Counted from the stretch's first letter, positions 49,269 through 59,769 are shown. The stretch: 64,000 bases of DNA from an uncultured Flavobacteriales bacterium (GCA_943846635.1 OX044359.1:529689-593688), one strand, 5' to 3'. The notes: generated by a model not told the origin, from the sequence alone. A program made the numbers and translations.

Positions 49269-50612
49269 TTATAAATTAAAATTCAATTCATATTTCGCCC
49301 CGGCGTTATTGGAAATTTTAAACTCTCCATCTAGTTGCTCAGTCAGACTTTCAATCAGCTCTATACCAAACGATTCTGACTTGCCTACCAATACTTTTTC
49401 TGGGAAACCTGCTCCATTATCTTCAACTGTTAATTGGACCAATATATCCGAGTCAATTATTAATCTAATGTGCAAATGTAATTCATCATTAGAAGATATC
49501 GCATACTTGAAAAAATTGGTCATAATTTCATTGAGAATTAATCCGAAAGGAATCGCCTTTTCAACATCCAAGTATATAGAATCATTGATTTCAATGGATG
49601 ATGTGAAAGATTTAGTTTTACCCAAGTGTTTTATGTTTTCCATTAATTGAGAACAATAATCCAATAGATAAATCTCAGAAAAATTTGCAGATTGATACAT
49701 CTTCTTATGAACCAACGACATCGACATAACACGGTTTTGAGTCTCAATCAACGCGCCCTCTACTTTTTTACTATCAAACTTAGAGATTTCCAAATTAATC
49801 AGACTTATAATAATTTGAAGATTGTTTTTTACTCGATGATGGACCTCTTTCAATAACATTTCTTTCTCAGAATTCTGTGCTTCAAGGATCCTATTTTGAT
49901 CTTGAATTTTCTCAGTACGTGTTTTAATCGTATCTTCTAATTCAATATTATTGCTTTTTAACTCTTGTGTTTTATTATTAATACTCTTTATGAGTTGTTC
50001 TTTATCATTTACAAGTTCTAAAAGACCAATTTCACTGCGGCTGTTCAGCCTAATAATGAAAAAGACAAATATTGACGTTAGAATAATTATACTAAATAAC
50101 GACATAAATCTAGCCATAGCGAGATCAGGGTGGGTAGTAAAATCAGGTGGGGATCCGACTCTTAATTCTGCAATAATGATACCCAAAACAGTGAGAAGAA
50201 CACAAAGTACTAAATCAATTTTATCTCTTTTGAGATCAAAAATAACAAAGGCAAAAGCACAAACATTTATTGCTCCAAAATGAAATAAAGTATCCGGGCC
50301 AATTATGGTGTTTACAAAAATACCGACCAACATAACACCATAATAAACGACTCTTTTAGCCATTCCAAAATAACCTTGGGCATGAGCAAAGAATCCAATG
50401 ATTATTGATAAATTCATTAATAACACCCAATAACCAATAGGTCCAATGAATGGAATTGAAGAAAATGTGCTGGATAACGCCCCGAAGAAACCAACGAAAA
50501 TGGCTTGGTTAAAAAATATTTCTTTCTTTTCTTCTAGCGTTTTTGCCACATCTTTTTGGTTAACACCAATATGAGAAATAAAAATCCAGCTATTTTTTAA
50601 TGTCTTTAGCAT
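49269..50612 (-). CDS. membrane sensor histidine kinase (HisKA_2 type), paralog of 47894..49243
   Basis: Same architecture as its neighbour. H-box EVHHRVKNNLQIIISLINLE and DNGAGFP. Confidence 0.8.
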   Translation of the reverse strand: MLKTLKNSWIFISHIGVNQKDVAKTLEEKKEIFFNQAIFVGFFGALSSTFSSIPFIGPIGYWVLLMNLSIIIGFFAHAQGYFGMAKRVVYYGVMLVGIFVNTIIGPDTLFHFGAINVCAFAFVIFDLKRDKIDLVLCVLLTVLGIIIAELRVGSPPDFTTHPDLAMARFMSLFSIIILTSIFVFFIIRLNSRSEIGLLELVNDKEQLIKSINNKTQELKSNNIELEDTIKTRTEKIQDQNRILEAQNSEKEMLLKEVHHRVKNNLQIIISLINLEISKFDSKKVEGALIETQNRVMSMSLVHKKMYQSANFSEIYLLDYCSQLMENIKHLGKTKSFTSSIEINDSIYLDVEKAIPFGLILNEIMTNFFKYAISSNDELHLHIRLIIDSDILVQLTVEDNGAGFPEKVLVGKSESFGIELIESLTEQLDGEFKISNNAGAKYELNFNL

Positions 50613-50756
50613 TCAGTGAAAAAGGGTTGAGGCTTACCAATAATAAGAACTATTCTTCACATATACCTAAATTACAGGATATTTTGAATTCCCAATAAAT
50701 CAAAAAAATGTAACACTTCACAAAGTATTTCATAGTTTTAGGTAAATGCAAAATTC

Positions 50757-50933
50757 ATGAATAAAATTCTTTATCTATTTTTTTTAGTTATTTTATCAGA
50801 CGCTTGTGCGCAAGATGCAGGTTCTGCTGCAAATACACTCCCTTTAGAAGTGCAATTAGCAGCAAGCTACTCCGCTATTAATGAAAAGGGAACAACTGTA
50901 AATCAAGATTTCAAAGTCCTTGGTATTCAATAA
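50757..50933 (+). CDS. possible 58-aa secreted peptide, or the remnant of a larger gene
   Basis: ATG ORF below the track cutoff: MNKILYLFFLVILSDACAQ signal-like N-terminus plus 39 aa. Lies in an otherwise empty 420-nt gap. Confidence 0.3.
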   Translation: MNKILYLFFLVILSDACAQDAGSAANTLPLEVQLAASYSAINEKGTTVNQDFKVLGIQ

Positions 50934-51034
50934 ACAAAAATGGAATTCTCTGCACCCCAGAGCGGGAATTTTATACCGATTATCAAAAGAAGTTTTTAGA
51001 CTATTAAATTAGTAATTTAGGGGAAATATTAAAA

Positions 51035-53281
51035 ATGGCAAGGATTCATAATGTGTTGTTTATAGGGCTGCTCACTTTTTGTTTTGGGAGTAACTATCTT
51101 TATAGTCAGCGCCATTCAGTTATTCCTAAGCCTAAAAAAATTAAATTAGCTAAAGAACATCTTTATTTTCAAGATACCATAACATATTCATGTGAGAATG
51201 AAGATCCAGCTATTGAATTTCTTAAGTCGTATTTAGCCACACACTTTTCCATTGCTTTTGAGAAAACATCAAAGAATGCAGATGTGGAATTCAAAAGAAC
51301 CAACTCTGGTAAAAGAAATCAACATCACCTTTCCATTAATAAAAAAGGAATACAACTCAACTATAACTCTGAAGAAGCCGCTTTTCACGCATGTATTACT
51401 TTAGTTCAGCTGACTGAGTCAACAGAAAATGGTGTTCGTTTCTCACACGCACTCATCAAAGATTATCCAGACTTTGAATGGAGAGGTTTACATCTAGATT
51501 GTTCAAGACATTTTTTTGAGGTATATGAAATTAAGCGTTTCATTGACGCAATGGCATTTTATAAATACAATCGATTTCATTGGCACTTAACGGACGACCA
51601 GGGATGGCGAATTGAAATCAAGAAATACCCAAAATTAACGGAAGTTGGAGGTTGGCGAAACAAAACTGTTGAAGGACATTACTCAAAAACACCTAGAACA
51701 TGGAACAATGAAAGATACGGTGGGTTTTACACTCAAAATGATGTCAAAGAAATTGTTAAATACGCCGCTAACAAAAGTATTATTGTTGTCCCTGAGATAG
51801 AATTGCCAGGTCATTCAATGGCTGCATTGGCTGCCTATCCAGAACTAGGGTGTTTAGATACTACCTATGAGGTTCCTGGTCTCTGGGGTGTCTTCGATGA
51901 TATTTATTCCCCAAAAGAATCAACCTTTCAATTTTTAGAGAATGTTTTAGATGAGGTAATTCCATTATTTCCTTCCGAATTTATTCATATTGGTGGTGAT
52001 GAAGCTCCAAAAAAGAGATGGAAAGAAGACCCTTTCTGTCAGAAATTAATTGATTCTTTAAACTTAAAAGATGAACATGGTTTACAAAGTTATTTTATAC
52101 AGAGACTAGAAAAATATCTTAATTCAAAAGGAAAGCAAATTATAGGTTGGGATGAAATTCTCGAAGGCGGATTGGCTCCGAATGCTGCAGTAATGTCGTG
52201 GCGCGGTGAAAGCGGCGGAATTCAGGCTGCAAAGCAAAAGCACAAAGTAGTAATGACTCCAACTTCTCATTGTTATTTTGATTATTATCAGTCCAGTCAT
52301 GCCCGAGAACCAATCGCAATTGGTGGTTTTTTGCCTTTGGAAAAAGTCTATCAATATTCTCCTATACCGGCAAATTTGCCGAGAAGTAAACGGAAATATA
52401 TTCTTGGAGCACAAGCTAATCTTTGGACAGAATATATGCCTAAAATGGATCACGTTCTTTACATGACCTACCCGAGGGCATTGGCACTAATTGAAAAGAC
52501 TTGGTCGCGAAAGGCTCCTTTATATAAAGAATTTGAAAGAAAATTGTATTCTAAGCATTTTCAATGGATGGAAAGTTGGTCAATTCCATTCTCAAAAGCT
52601 TCCCTTGATGTAAAAATTAATGCTTTACCCACCACACTTGGGACAGTAAATATTGAATGTCAATCACCAGATTCCACTTCAAAAATATTTTATTCTATCG
52701 GTGAAAATATTGAAATTTACAACGCGCCATTTGATTTAAATGCTGGAAATAATGACTCCACAATTTTTATTAAGTCATGGGCAGAAGGTATTCAAGGAAA
52801 ATCTCGTATAACTGATAAAAAAATACTCCTTCATCAAAGTATTGGTTCAAAAATCACTGCCATAACTACTCCTCATAACAAATTTTCAGTTGGTGGCTCA
52901 ATGACTTTAGTTGACGGTGTGATAGGAGAGAGACCTTGGAAAGGAGATCAATGGCTAGGGTATTCAGGAGATACTATATTGATCCATTTCAATTTTGAAG
53001 AAAAGAAAAAGCTAACTAATTTTAAAATTGGTTTTTTAGAGGATAATGGCTCTTGGATATACCTCCCACAAAACATTCATTTAGAGAAAAAAATTGAAGA
53101 AAAATGGGTCGTCTTTGTTAATTCCCATGTCAGTGCTGAGCAAAACTCACTTAAAATCAATGAGAATATTGATGAAATAAGAATTAAAATCCTTCCCAAT
53201 GACAAAATCGAAGATGGCAAACCAGGAGGTGGTCATGACCCATGGATATTTATTGATGAAATTAGATTCGAATGGAAATAG
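51035..53281 (+). CDS. beta-N-acetylhexosaminidase (GH20) with a C-terminal accessory domain
   Basis: Signal peptide. Motifs HWHLTDDQGWR and HIGGDEA. Confidence 0.9.
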   Translation: MARIHNVLFIGLLTFCFGSNYLYSQRHSVIPKPKKIKLAKEHLYFQDTITYSCENEDPAIEFLKSYLATHFSIAFEKTSKNADVEFKRTNSGKRNQHHLSINKKGIQLNYNSEEAAFHACITLVQLTESTENGVRFSHALIKDYPDFEWRGLHLDCSRHFFEVYEIKRFIDAMAFYKYNRFHWHLTDDQGWRIEIKKYPKLTEVGGWRNKTVEGHYSKTPRTWNNERYGGFYTQNDVKEIVKYAANKSIIVVPEIELPGHSMAALAAYPELGCLDTTYEVPGLWGVFDDIYSPKESTFQFLENVLDEVIPLFPSEFIHIGGDEAPKKRWKEDPFCQKLIDSLNLKDEHGLQSYFIQRLEKYLNSKGKQIIGWDEILEGGLAPNAAVMSWRGESGGIQAAKQKHKVVMTPTSHCYFDYYQSSHAREPIAIGGFLPLEKVYQYSPIPANLPRSKRKYILGAQANLWTEYMPKMDHVLYMTYPRALALIEKTWSRKAPLYKEFERKLYSKHFQWMESWSIPFSKASLDVKINALPTTLGTVNIECQSPDSTSKIFYSIGENIEIYNAPFDLNAGNNDSTIFIKSWAEGIQGKSRITDKKILLHQSIGSKITAITTPHNKFSVGGSMTLVDGVIGERPWKGDQWLGYSGDTILIHFNFEEKKKLTNFKIGFLEDNGSWIYLPQNIHLEKKIEEKWVVFVNSHVSAEQNSLKINENIDEIRIKILPNDKIEDGKPGGGHDPWIFIDEIRFEWK

Positions 53282-53976
53282 AAATCTGCGCAAACAGCAT
53301 AGAATCGGCAATTGTCGCGAATGAAATAGGTGCAAAACGCGTTGAGTTGTGTGTCAATTTGGAACAAGGCGGTACAACACCTCCGATGGGATTAATCAAA
53401 AGTGTTAATTCACTGAATAACATCGAAAATCACGTTTTAATTCGATGCAGGCCCGGAGATTTTGTGTACTCGGAAATAGAAATTCAAATGATGTGTGAAT
53501 CTATTTCTTGGTGCAAAGAACAGAAAGTTGATGGTGTTGTCATTGGAGCATTACTCAAAAACAATGAGCTAGACATAAGAGCTTTAAAAAGAATGATTAA
53601 AGCAGGTGAAGGATTGACCATCACTTTCCACAGAGCCATTGATGAAACAAAAGATTGGAAAAAGGCAATGAATCAATTGATAGAATTGAAATTTGAGCGT
53701 ATTCTTACTTCTGGTCAAGCCAAAAATGTTGTTTTAGGGAAAGGTATACTCTCTGAAATGATTGATTATGCCAACAAACGAATTCAAATAATGATTGGCG
53801 GTGGTGTTAAAGCTGAGAATATCAAATCAATTCTACAAGAAATAACACCAAACTCTGTTCATTTCTCAGCAACTAAAGCACATTTCTCAGGTTATGAGAG
53901 TTCATTGTTCAGAGAAAAATTACTGCGGACAGACGAAGAAATTGCACGGGAAATAATTAATAATATTAAAAATTAA
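53272..53976 (+). CDS. cutC: copper homeostasis protein CutC family
   Basis: N-terminal EICANSIESA and FHRAID motifs. 234 aa. Confidence 0.85.
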   Translation: MEIEICANSIESAIVANEIGAKRVELCVNLEQGGTTPPMGLIKSVNSLNNIENHVLIRCRPGDFVYSEIEIQMMCESISWCKEQKVDGVVIGALLKNNELDIRALKRMIKAGEGLTITFHRAIDETKDWKKAMNQLIELKFERILTSGQAKNVVLGKGILSEMIDYANKRIQIMIGGGVKAENIKSILQEITPNSVHFSATKAHFSGYESSLFREKLLRTDEEIAREIINNIKN

Positions 53977-54104
53977 TCTCTTTTAGATCTTCTGTATACT
54001 AGTTTTTCCATTAATCACATTACGCATTTTTCATTAAAAAAATCATTCGAATTAAACCTTTCTCATCGCTGAAGGTCAAAGAGTGGAACTGTAAAACAAA
54101 CAAA

Positions 54105-54728
54105 ATGAAAAATTTAAAAGTAGTAGCCTTTGGATTAGTGTTAATTGGAAACACATTGGTATTTGCCCAAAGCAAACCTAAAATGTCGGTAGAGCAAAAG
54201 TCCGAAAAAACAACAAAACGATTAACCGAACAACTAGACCTATCTGCAAGTCAAGCTTCACAAGTAAGTGCTATGAGTGCTGATTATTTTACTGAAGTTC
54301 GGGAATTAAAATCAAACACTTCACTCTCAAAAGAAGAACAGAAAAAATTAATTCAAGCAGCTCAAAAAAGAAAAAAAGAAAAGTTAGCTAGTATTCTTTC
54401 AAAAGAGCAGCTGGAAAAAATTAAAACTTTGAAAAAAGACAAAAAAGGAGAAAAAAAGAAAATGTCTCCGGCTGAAAAGGCTGATAAAATGTCTGCCAAA
54501 TTAGACGAGAAAGTTTCGTTGAATTCAAGCCAAAAAGTTGAGGTGAAAAAAATCAATCTTCAGTCTATCATAGAAACGAATAAAATTAAAGACAACGTCG
54601 TTCTTTCTGAAGAGGCAAAAAAAGGAGCTATAAAAAAAGTTCGCAAGCAAAAGAAAGAAAAGATAAAGAGGATTCTAACTAAAGAGCAATTAGAGATATT
54701 AAAAGCCGATAAAAAACCTAAAAAATAA
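54105..54728 (+). CDS. secreted Lys-rich helical protein with an internal duplication (Spy/CpxP-like)
   Basis: Signal peptide, then two units of about 90 aa. Each starts MS.EQK / MSPAEK and ends LSKEQLEKIKTLKKDKK / LTKEQLEILKADKKPKK. Confidence 0.6.
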   Translation: MKNLKVVAFGLVLIGNTLVFAQSKPKMSVEQKSEKTTKRLTEQLDLSASQASQVSAMSADYFTEVRELKSNTSLSKEEQKKLIQAAQKRKKEKLASILSKEQLEKIKTLKKDKKGEKKKMSPAEKADKMSAKLDEKVSLNSSQKVEVKKINLQSIIETNKIKDNVVLSEEAKKGAIKKVRKQKKEKIKRILTKEQLEILKADKKPKK

Positions 54729-54750
54729 CTTATGCACCAGCTATAATTAA

Positions 54751-54777
54751 AAAAGGTGACTATAATGGTCACCTTTT
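54751..54777. terminator. bidirectional rho-independent terminator between convergent genes
   Basis: 10-bp stem aaaaggtgac / gtcacctttt with a 7-nt loop. An A-run lies upstream and a T-run downstream, so it has a U-tail on both strands. Confidence 0.8.
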
Positions 54778-54788
54778 TTACGAAAATA

Positions 54789-57596
54789 CTATTGATCTAA
54801 TTCGGCTTTCAAATATTTCGCAGTAAAGGAAGTTTTTTGATATTTCTTAACGATTTGTTCAGGTGATCCAGCACAAGCGATTTCTCCACCAAACTTACCT
54901 CCATCAGGACCTATATCAACGACGTGGTCTGCCACTTTTACAATGTCCAAATTATGCTCTATTACCAAAACAGTATTACCACCCTCCACCAAGCGCTTAA
55001 GAACCTCCAAAAGCATTTTGATATCCTCAAAATGGAGCCCTGTTGAAGGCTCATCCAAAATATACATGGTATTACCAGTTCCCTTCTTTGATAGCTCAGC
55101 AGATAACTTGATACGCTGTGCTTCTCCTCCCGACAATGTTGTGGATGGCTGACCTAGTTTAACATATCCCAATCCAACAGAAACCAACGTTGATAATATT
55201 CTTTGAACTTTAGGTATATTTTCAAAAAATGGAGCAGCAGCACTAATGTTCATTTCTAAAACATCACTGATCGATTTACCTTTATAGCGAACTTCTAAAG
55301 TCTCCCTATTGTAGCGCTTTCCATTGCAGGTTTCACATTCTACTAGTACATCGGGCAAGAAGTTCATTTCTACAACTTTCATCCCTCCCCCTTTGCATGT
55401 CTCACATCTTCCTCCGACAACATTAAATGAAAATCTTCCTGGTTTGTACCCTCGAATTTGAGATTCTGGTAAATTGGCAAAAATACTTCTGATTTCATCA
55501 AACAACTTGGTATAGGTTGCAGGATTAGAACGAGGTGTTCTTCCAATTGGACTTTGATCTATTTCAATCACTTTATCCAGATTCTCTATCCCTGAAATAG
55601 ACTTATACGGCAGTGGTTTTTTTACTCCTTGATAAATTTCTTTCAGCAGAATTGGATAAAGAGTTTGATTAATTAAAGATGATTTTCCACTTCCAGAAAC
55701 TCCCGTTACACAAGTCATAGTTCCCAATGGAATGGTCAAGTTAACATTTTGTAAATTCCGTCCTGTGGCACCTTTTAAAATTAATTTTTTACCATTTCCT
55801 TTTCTTCGAGTTTTAGGAACTTCTATTTTACGAACACCTGTCAAATATTGGTTCGTTAAAGAATCTTTATTTTGTAATTTTCCAATTGGAGAAGCATTAA
55901 CTATTTCTCCCCCATTTTCACCTGCCCCAGGCCCAAGATCAACTACAAAATCTGCAGCTTCAATCATTTCTTTGTCATGCTCTACTACGATTACAGAATT
56001 ACCTGTATCTCTTAATCTTTTTAGAGAATTAATTAGACGTGTATTATCCCTTTGATGCAAACCAATTGATGGCTCATCTAAAATATAGAGAACGTTCATT
56101 AATTCACTTCCAATTTGCGTTGCCAAACGAATACGTTGTGCCTCACCACCGGACAGTGTCTTAGCTGATCGATGAATTGACAAATAAGTCAATCCTACCT
56201 CAACGATAAACCCAAGACGGGCATTTATTTCTTTAAGGATTTCAACTGCAATGATTTTCTCTTTCGCTGAAAATGTTTCTCCAACTGACTCAAACCATAT
56301 GGCTAACTCAGAGATATCCATTTGAGCTAATTCCCCTATGTTTTTTCCATTAATTTTAAAGAAATGAGCTTCTTTTTTAATCCTCGTTCCTTTGCAAGTT
56401 GGACAAACATTTTTATTCATAAAACTTTGTGCCCATCTTTGAATAGCAGCTGAACTGTCTTCAGAATGTCTTGAAATAAATGGAATTACTCCTTCAAAAA
56501 CAAATTCTTTGCTTTTCCTGGACCTTTCAACGCCTTCATTCCCATTCAGCACAACATTTAGCACCTCTTCAGGTAAATCTTTAATTGCTGTATTTAAACT
56601 AAATTTTTGTTCTGTCAAGTAAGAATCTATTTGGTCAAAAATCCACTTTCTCTTATATTCTCCGAGAGGAGCTAACCCACCTTTTTTTATCGATTTGGAT
56701 GCGTCTGGAACAATTTTATCCATGTCAACTTCTGACACTTCACCTAATCCATTGCATGTCTTACAAGACCCGTAAGGTGAATTAAAAGAAAATAAATTTG
56801 GTTCAGGCTCAGGATAACTAATTCCAGTTGAAGGACACATCAAAGAACGACTAAAGTGTCGAACTTCATTTGAATCAAAATCCATAATCATCATGGATTT
56901 ATCTCCATGTTTCATTGCCTCTACTACATCATCGTAGATTCTTTTTCTATCCTTCTTGGAGATTGTAAGTCTATCAATTACAATTTCAATGTCATGAATT
57001 TTATATCGATCCGTTTTTAGACCTTTCACAATGTCGGTTAGCTCTCCATCAATTCGAACTTTTGTGAATCCCATTTTAAGAATCTGTTCAAACAATTCTC
57101 TATAATGACCTTTACGTCCTTTAATTTTTGGAGAAAGTACAATTACCTTTTTACCTTGATAGTTTTCAAGAATAAGATCAACAATCTGCTCATCAGAGTA
57201 TTTGACCATCGCCTCATCTGTATTATATGAATAAGCAGTCCCCACTCTTGCGAACAGCAATCTCATAAAGTCGTATATCTCAGTGATTGTTCCAACCGTT
57301 GATCTCGGAGATCGAGATACCGTTTTTTGTTCAATTGAAATAACAGGACTCAACCCATCAATCTTATCAACATCTGGTCTTTCAAGACCTCCAAGAAATT
57401 GTCTCGCGTAAGCGGAAAAAGTTTCAATATATCTTCTTTGTCCTTCCGCAAAAATGGTGTCAAACGCCAAAGAAGACTTCCCACTTCCACTTAATCCCGT
57501 GAAAACAACCAATTCATTTCTCGGGATTTTAAGGTCAACATTTTTTAAGTTATGAACTCTCGCGCCATAAACTTCTATGTATTTTTTTTTTGCCAT
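54789..57596 (-). CDS. uvrA: excinuclease ABC subunit A
   Basis: 935 aa. Two ABC modules (GLSGSGKSSL, GVSGSGKSSL) and Zn fingers (CKTCNGLG, CETCKGGG). Confidence 0.97.
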   Translation of the reverse strand: MAKKKYIEVYGARVHNLKNVDLKIPRNELVVFTGLSGSGKSSLAFDTIFAEGQRRYIETFSAYARQFLGGLERPDVDKIDGLSPVISIEQKTVSRSPRSTVGTITEIYDFMRLLFARVGTAYSYNTDEAMVKYSDEQIVDLILENYQGKKVIVLSPKIKGRKGHYRELFEQILKMGFTKVRIDGELTDIVKGLKTDRYKIHDIEIVIDRLTISKKDRKRIYDDVVEAMKHGDKSMMIMDFDSNEVRHFSRSLMCPSTGISYPEPEPNLFSFNSPYGSCKTCNGLGEVSEVDMDKIVPDASKSIKKGGLAPLGEYKRKWIFDQIDSYLTEQKFSLNTAIKDLPEEVLNVVLNGNEGVERSRKSKEFVFEGVIPFISRHSEDSSAAIQRWAQSFMNKNVCPTCKGTRIKKEAHFFKINGKNIGELAQMDISELAIWFESVGETFSAKEKIIAVEILKEINARLGFIVEVGLTYLSIHRSAKTLSGGEAQRIRLATQIGSELMNVLYILDEPSIGLHQRDNTRLINSLKRLRDTGNSVIVVEHDKEMIEAADFVVDLGPGAGENGGEIVNASPIGKLQNKDSLTNQYLTGVRKIEVPKTRRKGNGKKLILKGATGRNLQNVNLTIPLGTMTCVTGVSGSGKSSLINQTLYPILLKEIYQGVKKPLPYKSISGIENLDKVIEIDQSPIGRTPRSNPATYTKLFDEIRSIFANLPESQIRGYKPGRFSFNVVGGRCETCKGGGMKVVEMNFLPDVLVECETCNGKRYNRETLEVRYKGKSISDVLEMNISAAAPFFENIPKVQRILSTLVSVGLGYVKLGQPSTTLSGGEAQRIKLSAELSKKGTGNTMYILDEPSTGLHFEDIKMLLEVLKRLVEGGNTVLVIEHNLDIVKVADHVVDIGPDGGKFGGEIACAGSPEQIVKKYQKTSFTAKYLKAELDQ

Positions 57597-58498
57597 TATA
57601 CAGGTAAGAGTAGTTTATATTGCTTTGATTTTATCGTCAATTTATTTCTGAGAACCCATGGATTAAGTAGCTTTACAATTCTATAAGTCGTTCCGTGTTC
57701 TATAGCCCAAATGGCCAAATTCGGTATTGATTCAGTAATTAGAATCGTCCTTGTTTCAATCGGCTTATAGAGTTCAGACTTTTCCAATGAAAAACCAAAA
57801 TTACTTGGATTCTCCATTACAATTTTCAATGCCAGAATTCGAAACACGTACCGACTAGTTTCTTCCGTTAAATGTAAATCAAAATAATTGTTTACGTGTT
57901 GATTTTCGATATCTCGTTCGATACCCCCCTGACCTCGATTATATGCAGCAGCCGTTAAAAACCAATCATCAAATTTAGCATGCGCATTTTTCAAATAGGC
58001 ACATGCGGCATCTGTGCTATTTTCGATATTCATTCGCTCATCAACTTCTTCATTTATGGTCAAGCCAAATTCCTTCGCTGTTGACGGCATAAATTGCCAA
58101 AAGCCTTTTGCTCCAGAGCGACTTGTAGCCTGTGTCAATCCACTCTCAGCGACACATAAATATTTCATATCTTCAGGAATACCATTTTCAAGCAATTGTT
58201 TCTCAATAGCAGAGAAAAATCGATTTGCGCGTTTTAAATATTGAATCGTTGCACTATGCCTATATGTATTTACAATCAATTCTTTATCCAATCGCTCTCT
58301 AACATCAAAATTATCCAAGGAAACTGTCTTGCCGCAAAAAGTAACTGATGGAGGCAAAGACATCTTCTTATTTTCTAACAAAGAGCTTTGAATTGGTTTT
58401 CTCTCACTTATCAATTGCTCCGAGTTATGAGTGCAGGAAGAAAAACTTAAATAAAGTAAAATGGATAAATGAACATAAATAATTGTTTTGAACTGCAT
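57596..58498 (-). CDS. lytic transglycosylase (SLT domain) protein
   Basis: Signal/lipoprotein-like N-terminus. Catalytic motif VAESGLTQATSRSGAKGFWQFM and AAYNRG. Confidence 0.8.
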   Translation of the reverse strand: MQFKTIIYVHLSILLYLSFSSCTHNSEQLISERKPIQSSLLENKKMSLPPSVTFCGKTVSLDNFDVRERLDKELIVNTYRHSATIQYLKRANRFFSAIEKQLLENGIPEDMKYLCVAESGLTQATSRSGAKGFWQFMPSTAKEFGLTINEEVDERMNIENSTDAACAYLKNAHAKFDDWFLTAAAYNRGQGGIERDIENQHVNNYFDLHLTEETSRYVFRILALKIVMENPSNFGFSLEKSELYKPIETRTILITESIPNLAIWAIEHGTTYRIVKLLNPWVLRNKLTIKSKQYKLLLPV

Positions 58499-58527
58499 TG
58501 CACGAAAATACGAAAATGCTCAAGTTA

Positions 58528-59616
58528 TTATAAATTCGGAGCAGGATACTTTATTGTGTTTTTGTAGAGTGCCCAGAATATTAAAATAGGGTAAAAAATA
58601 AAAAAAGCAATCGGCAAATATGACTCTAAAGAAATCAAATTGACCATTGCTAGAGTAAACAAAGTTGAAATAAGTCCTATTATTAGGAAAACAAACCAAA
58701 CTTTTTTCTCACTAAGTCCCGCGTAAACCAAATGGTGTGTGGTATGATCTTTTCCTCCTACCATAGGAGACTGACCTTTTTTTAATCTGTTAATTACGAC
58801 AGTTAAAGTATCTACCGCAGCAGGTGTAAAAGCAACGAGTACGACGCATGCACCAAGCCAAGATGGATGAATAGTACCTGGATGAATGGATCCAATATTC
58901 CATAAAAACTTAATACTTACAAATGAGATAAACAATCCTATAAATTGTGAGCCAGCATCCCCCATAAATAGCTTTGAAGGAGGTTTATTCATTATTAAAA
59001 AGCCAATAACTGAACCCAAGATAGCCGCTAAAATTAGTATCCATATATTGATGTTAAACGGAAGTAAAATCCAGCCTGAGAAGATACAAGAAAGAATAAT
59101 CCAAAACGTAGTTATTCCGGTTATTCCATCCATGTTGTCTAACATGTTTAGTGAATTCATAATTATTACAACCCAAAGAATGGTGAGTATCGCATCAAAA
59201 GACCAAACATGGAAGAAATCTATCAATGTATCTGTCCAAACAAAAACTACTCCGCAAAATATTTGGACAAGCAATTTAATTAAAGGTCGGGTGTCATATG
59301 CATCGTCTGCCAGTCCCATAGCAAAAGCTAATGAACCTGATAAAAACAAGCCGATGTATTCTATGTTCTGAAATATATTGGGTGCATCCCTAAAAATGAT
59401 CGAGTAGGCAAAGGCAGAGAATATAAAGACAACAAAAAAACTAACCCCTCCAAGAGATGGTTTCGATTCGTTACTCCATCGAACGACAACATTGTTTTTA
59501 TTACGAATACCTAAAGATCTTGAAAATCTCAGTAGTAAAACATTGATAGCATAAGCGCAAATTGCACCTCCGGCTATGAAGCCTGACAGTTGTAGTAATT
59601 TAAATAGCACGTTCAA
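58528..59616 (-). CDS. glycosyltransferase family 4 polyprenyl-phosphate sugar-1-phosphate transferase (MraY/WecA-like)
   Basis: About 10 TM helices. Motifs DDAYD, NMLDNMDG and MGDAGSQF. Confidence 0.8.
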   Translation of the reverse strand: MNVLFKLLQLSGFIAGGAICAYAINVLLLRFSRSLGIRNKNNVVVRWSNESKPSLGGVSFFVVFIFSAFAYSIIFRDAPNIFQNIEYIGLFLSGSLAFAMGLADDAYDTRPLIKLLVQIFCGVVFVWTDTLIDFFHVWSFDAILTILWVVIIMNSLNMLDNMDGITGITTFWIILSCIFSGWILLPFNINIWILILAAILGSVIGFLIMNKPPSKLFMGDAGSQFIGLFISFVSIKFLWNIGSIHPGTIHPSWLGACVVLVAFTPAAVDTLTVVINRLKKGQSPMVGGKDHTTHHLVYAGLSEKKVWFVFLIIGLISTLFTLAMVNLISLESYLPIAFFIFYPILIFWALYKNTIKYPAPNL

Positions 59617-59769
59617 TAATTAAATACAAGATGCAAACTTACAAAATTCTTCAACGATTTTCTAAATTAATTAATTTCGGATGATATAATCGATTAAGGA
59701 TTTTAATACAATTGACTTAAGTTACGAGCTTAATATTCTCTAGGAGGTGAAAGAAGATATATGCAAATG

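Noticed and set aside
58886-59371. 161-aa plus-strand ORF, plus similar long antisense ORFs (2092-2424, 29066-29416, 49951-50283, 41779-42078, 55732-56055)
   Set aside because: Each is nested antisense in a gene with strong family motifs. None has motifs of its own.
59664-59677. Perfect 14-nt palindrome aaattaattaattt between the GT4 gene and Wzc
   Set aside because: It is AT-only sequence in an AT-rich intergenic region. Such a palindrome is expected by chance and is too weak to call an operator or terminator.
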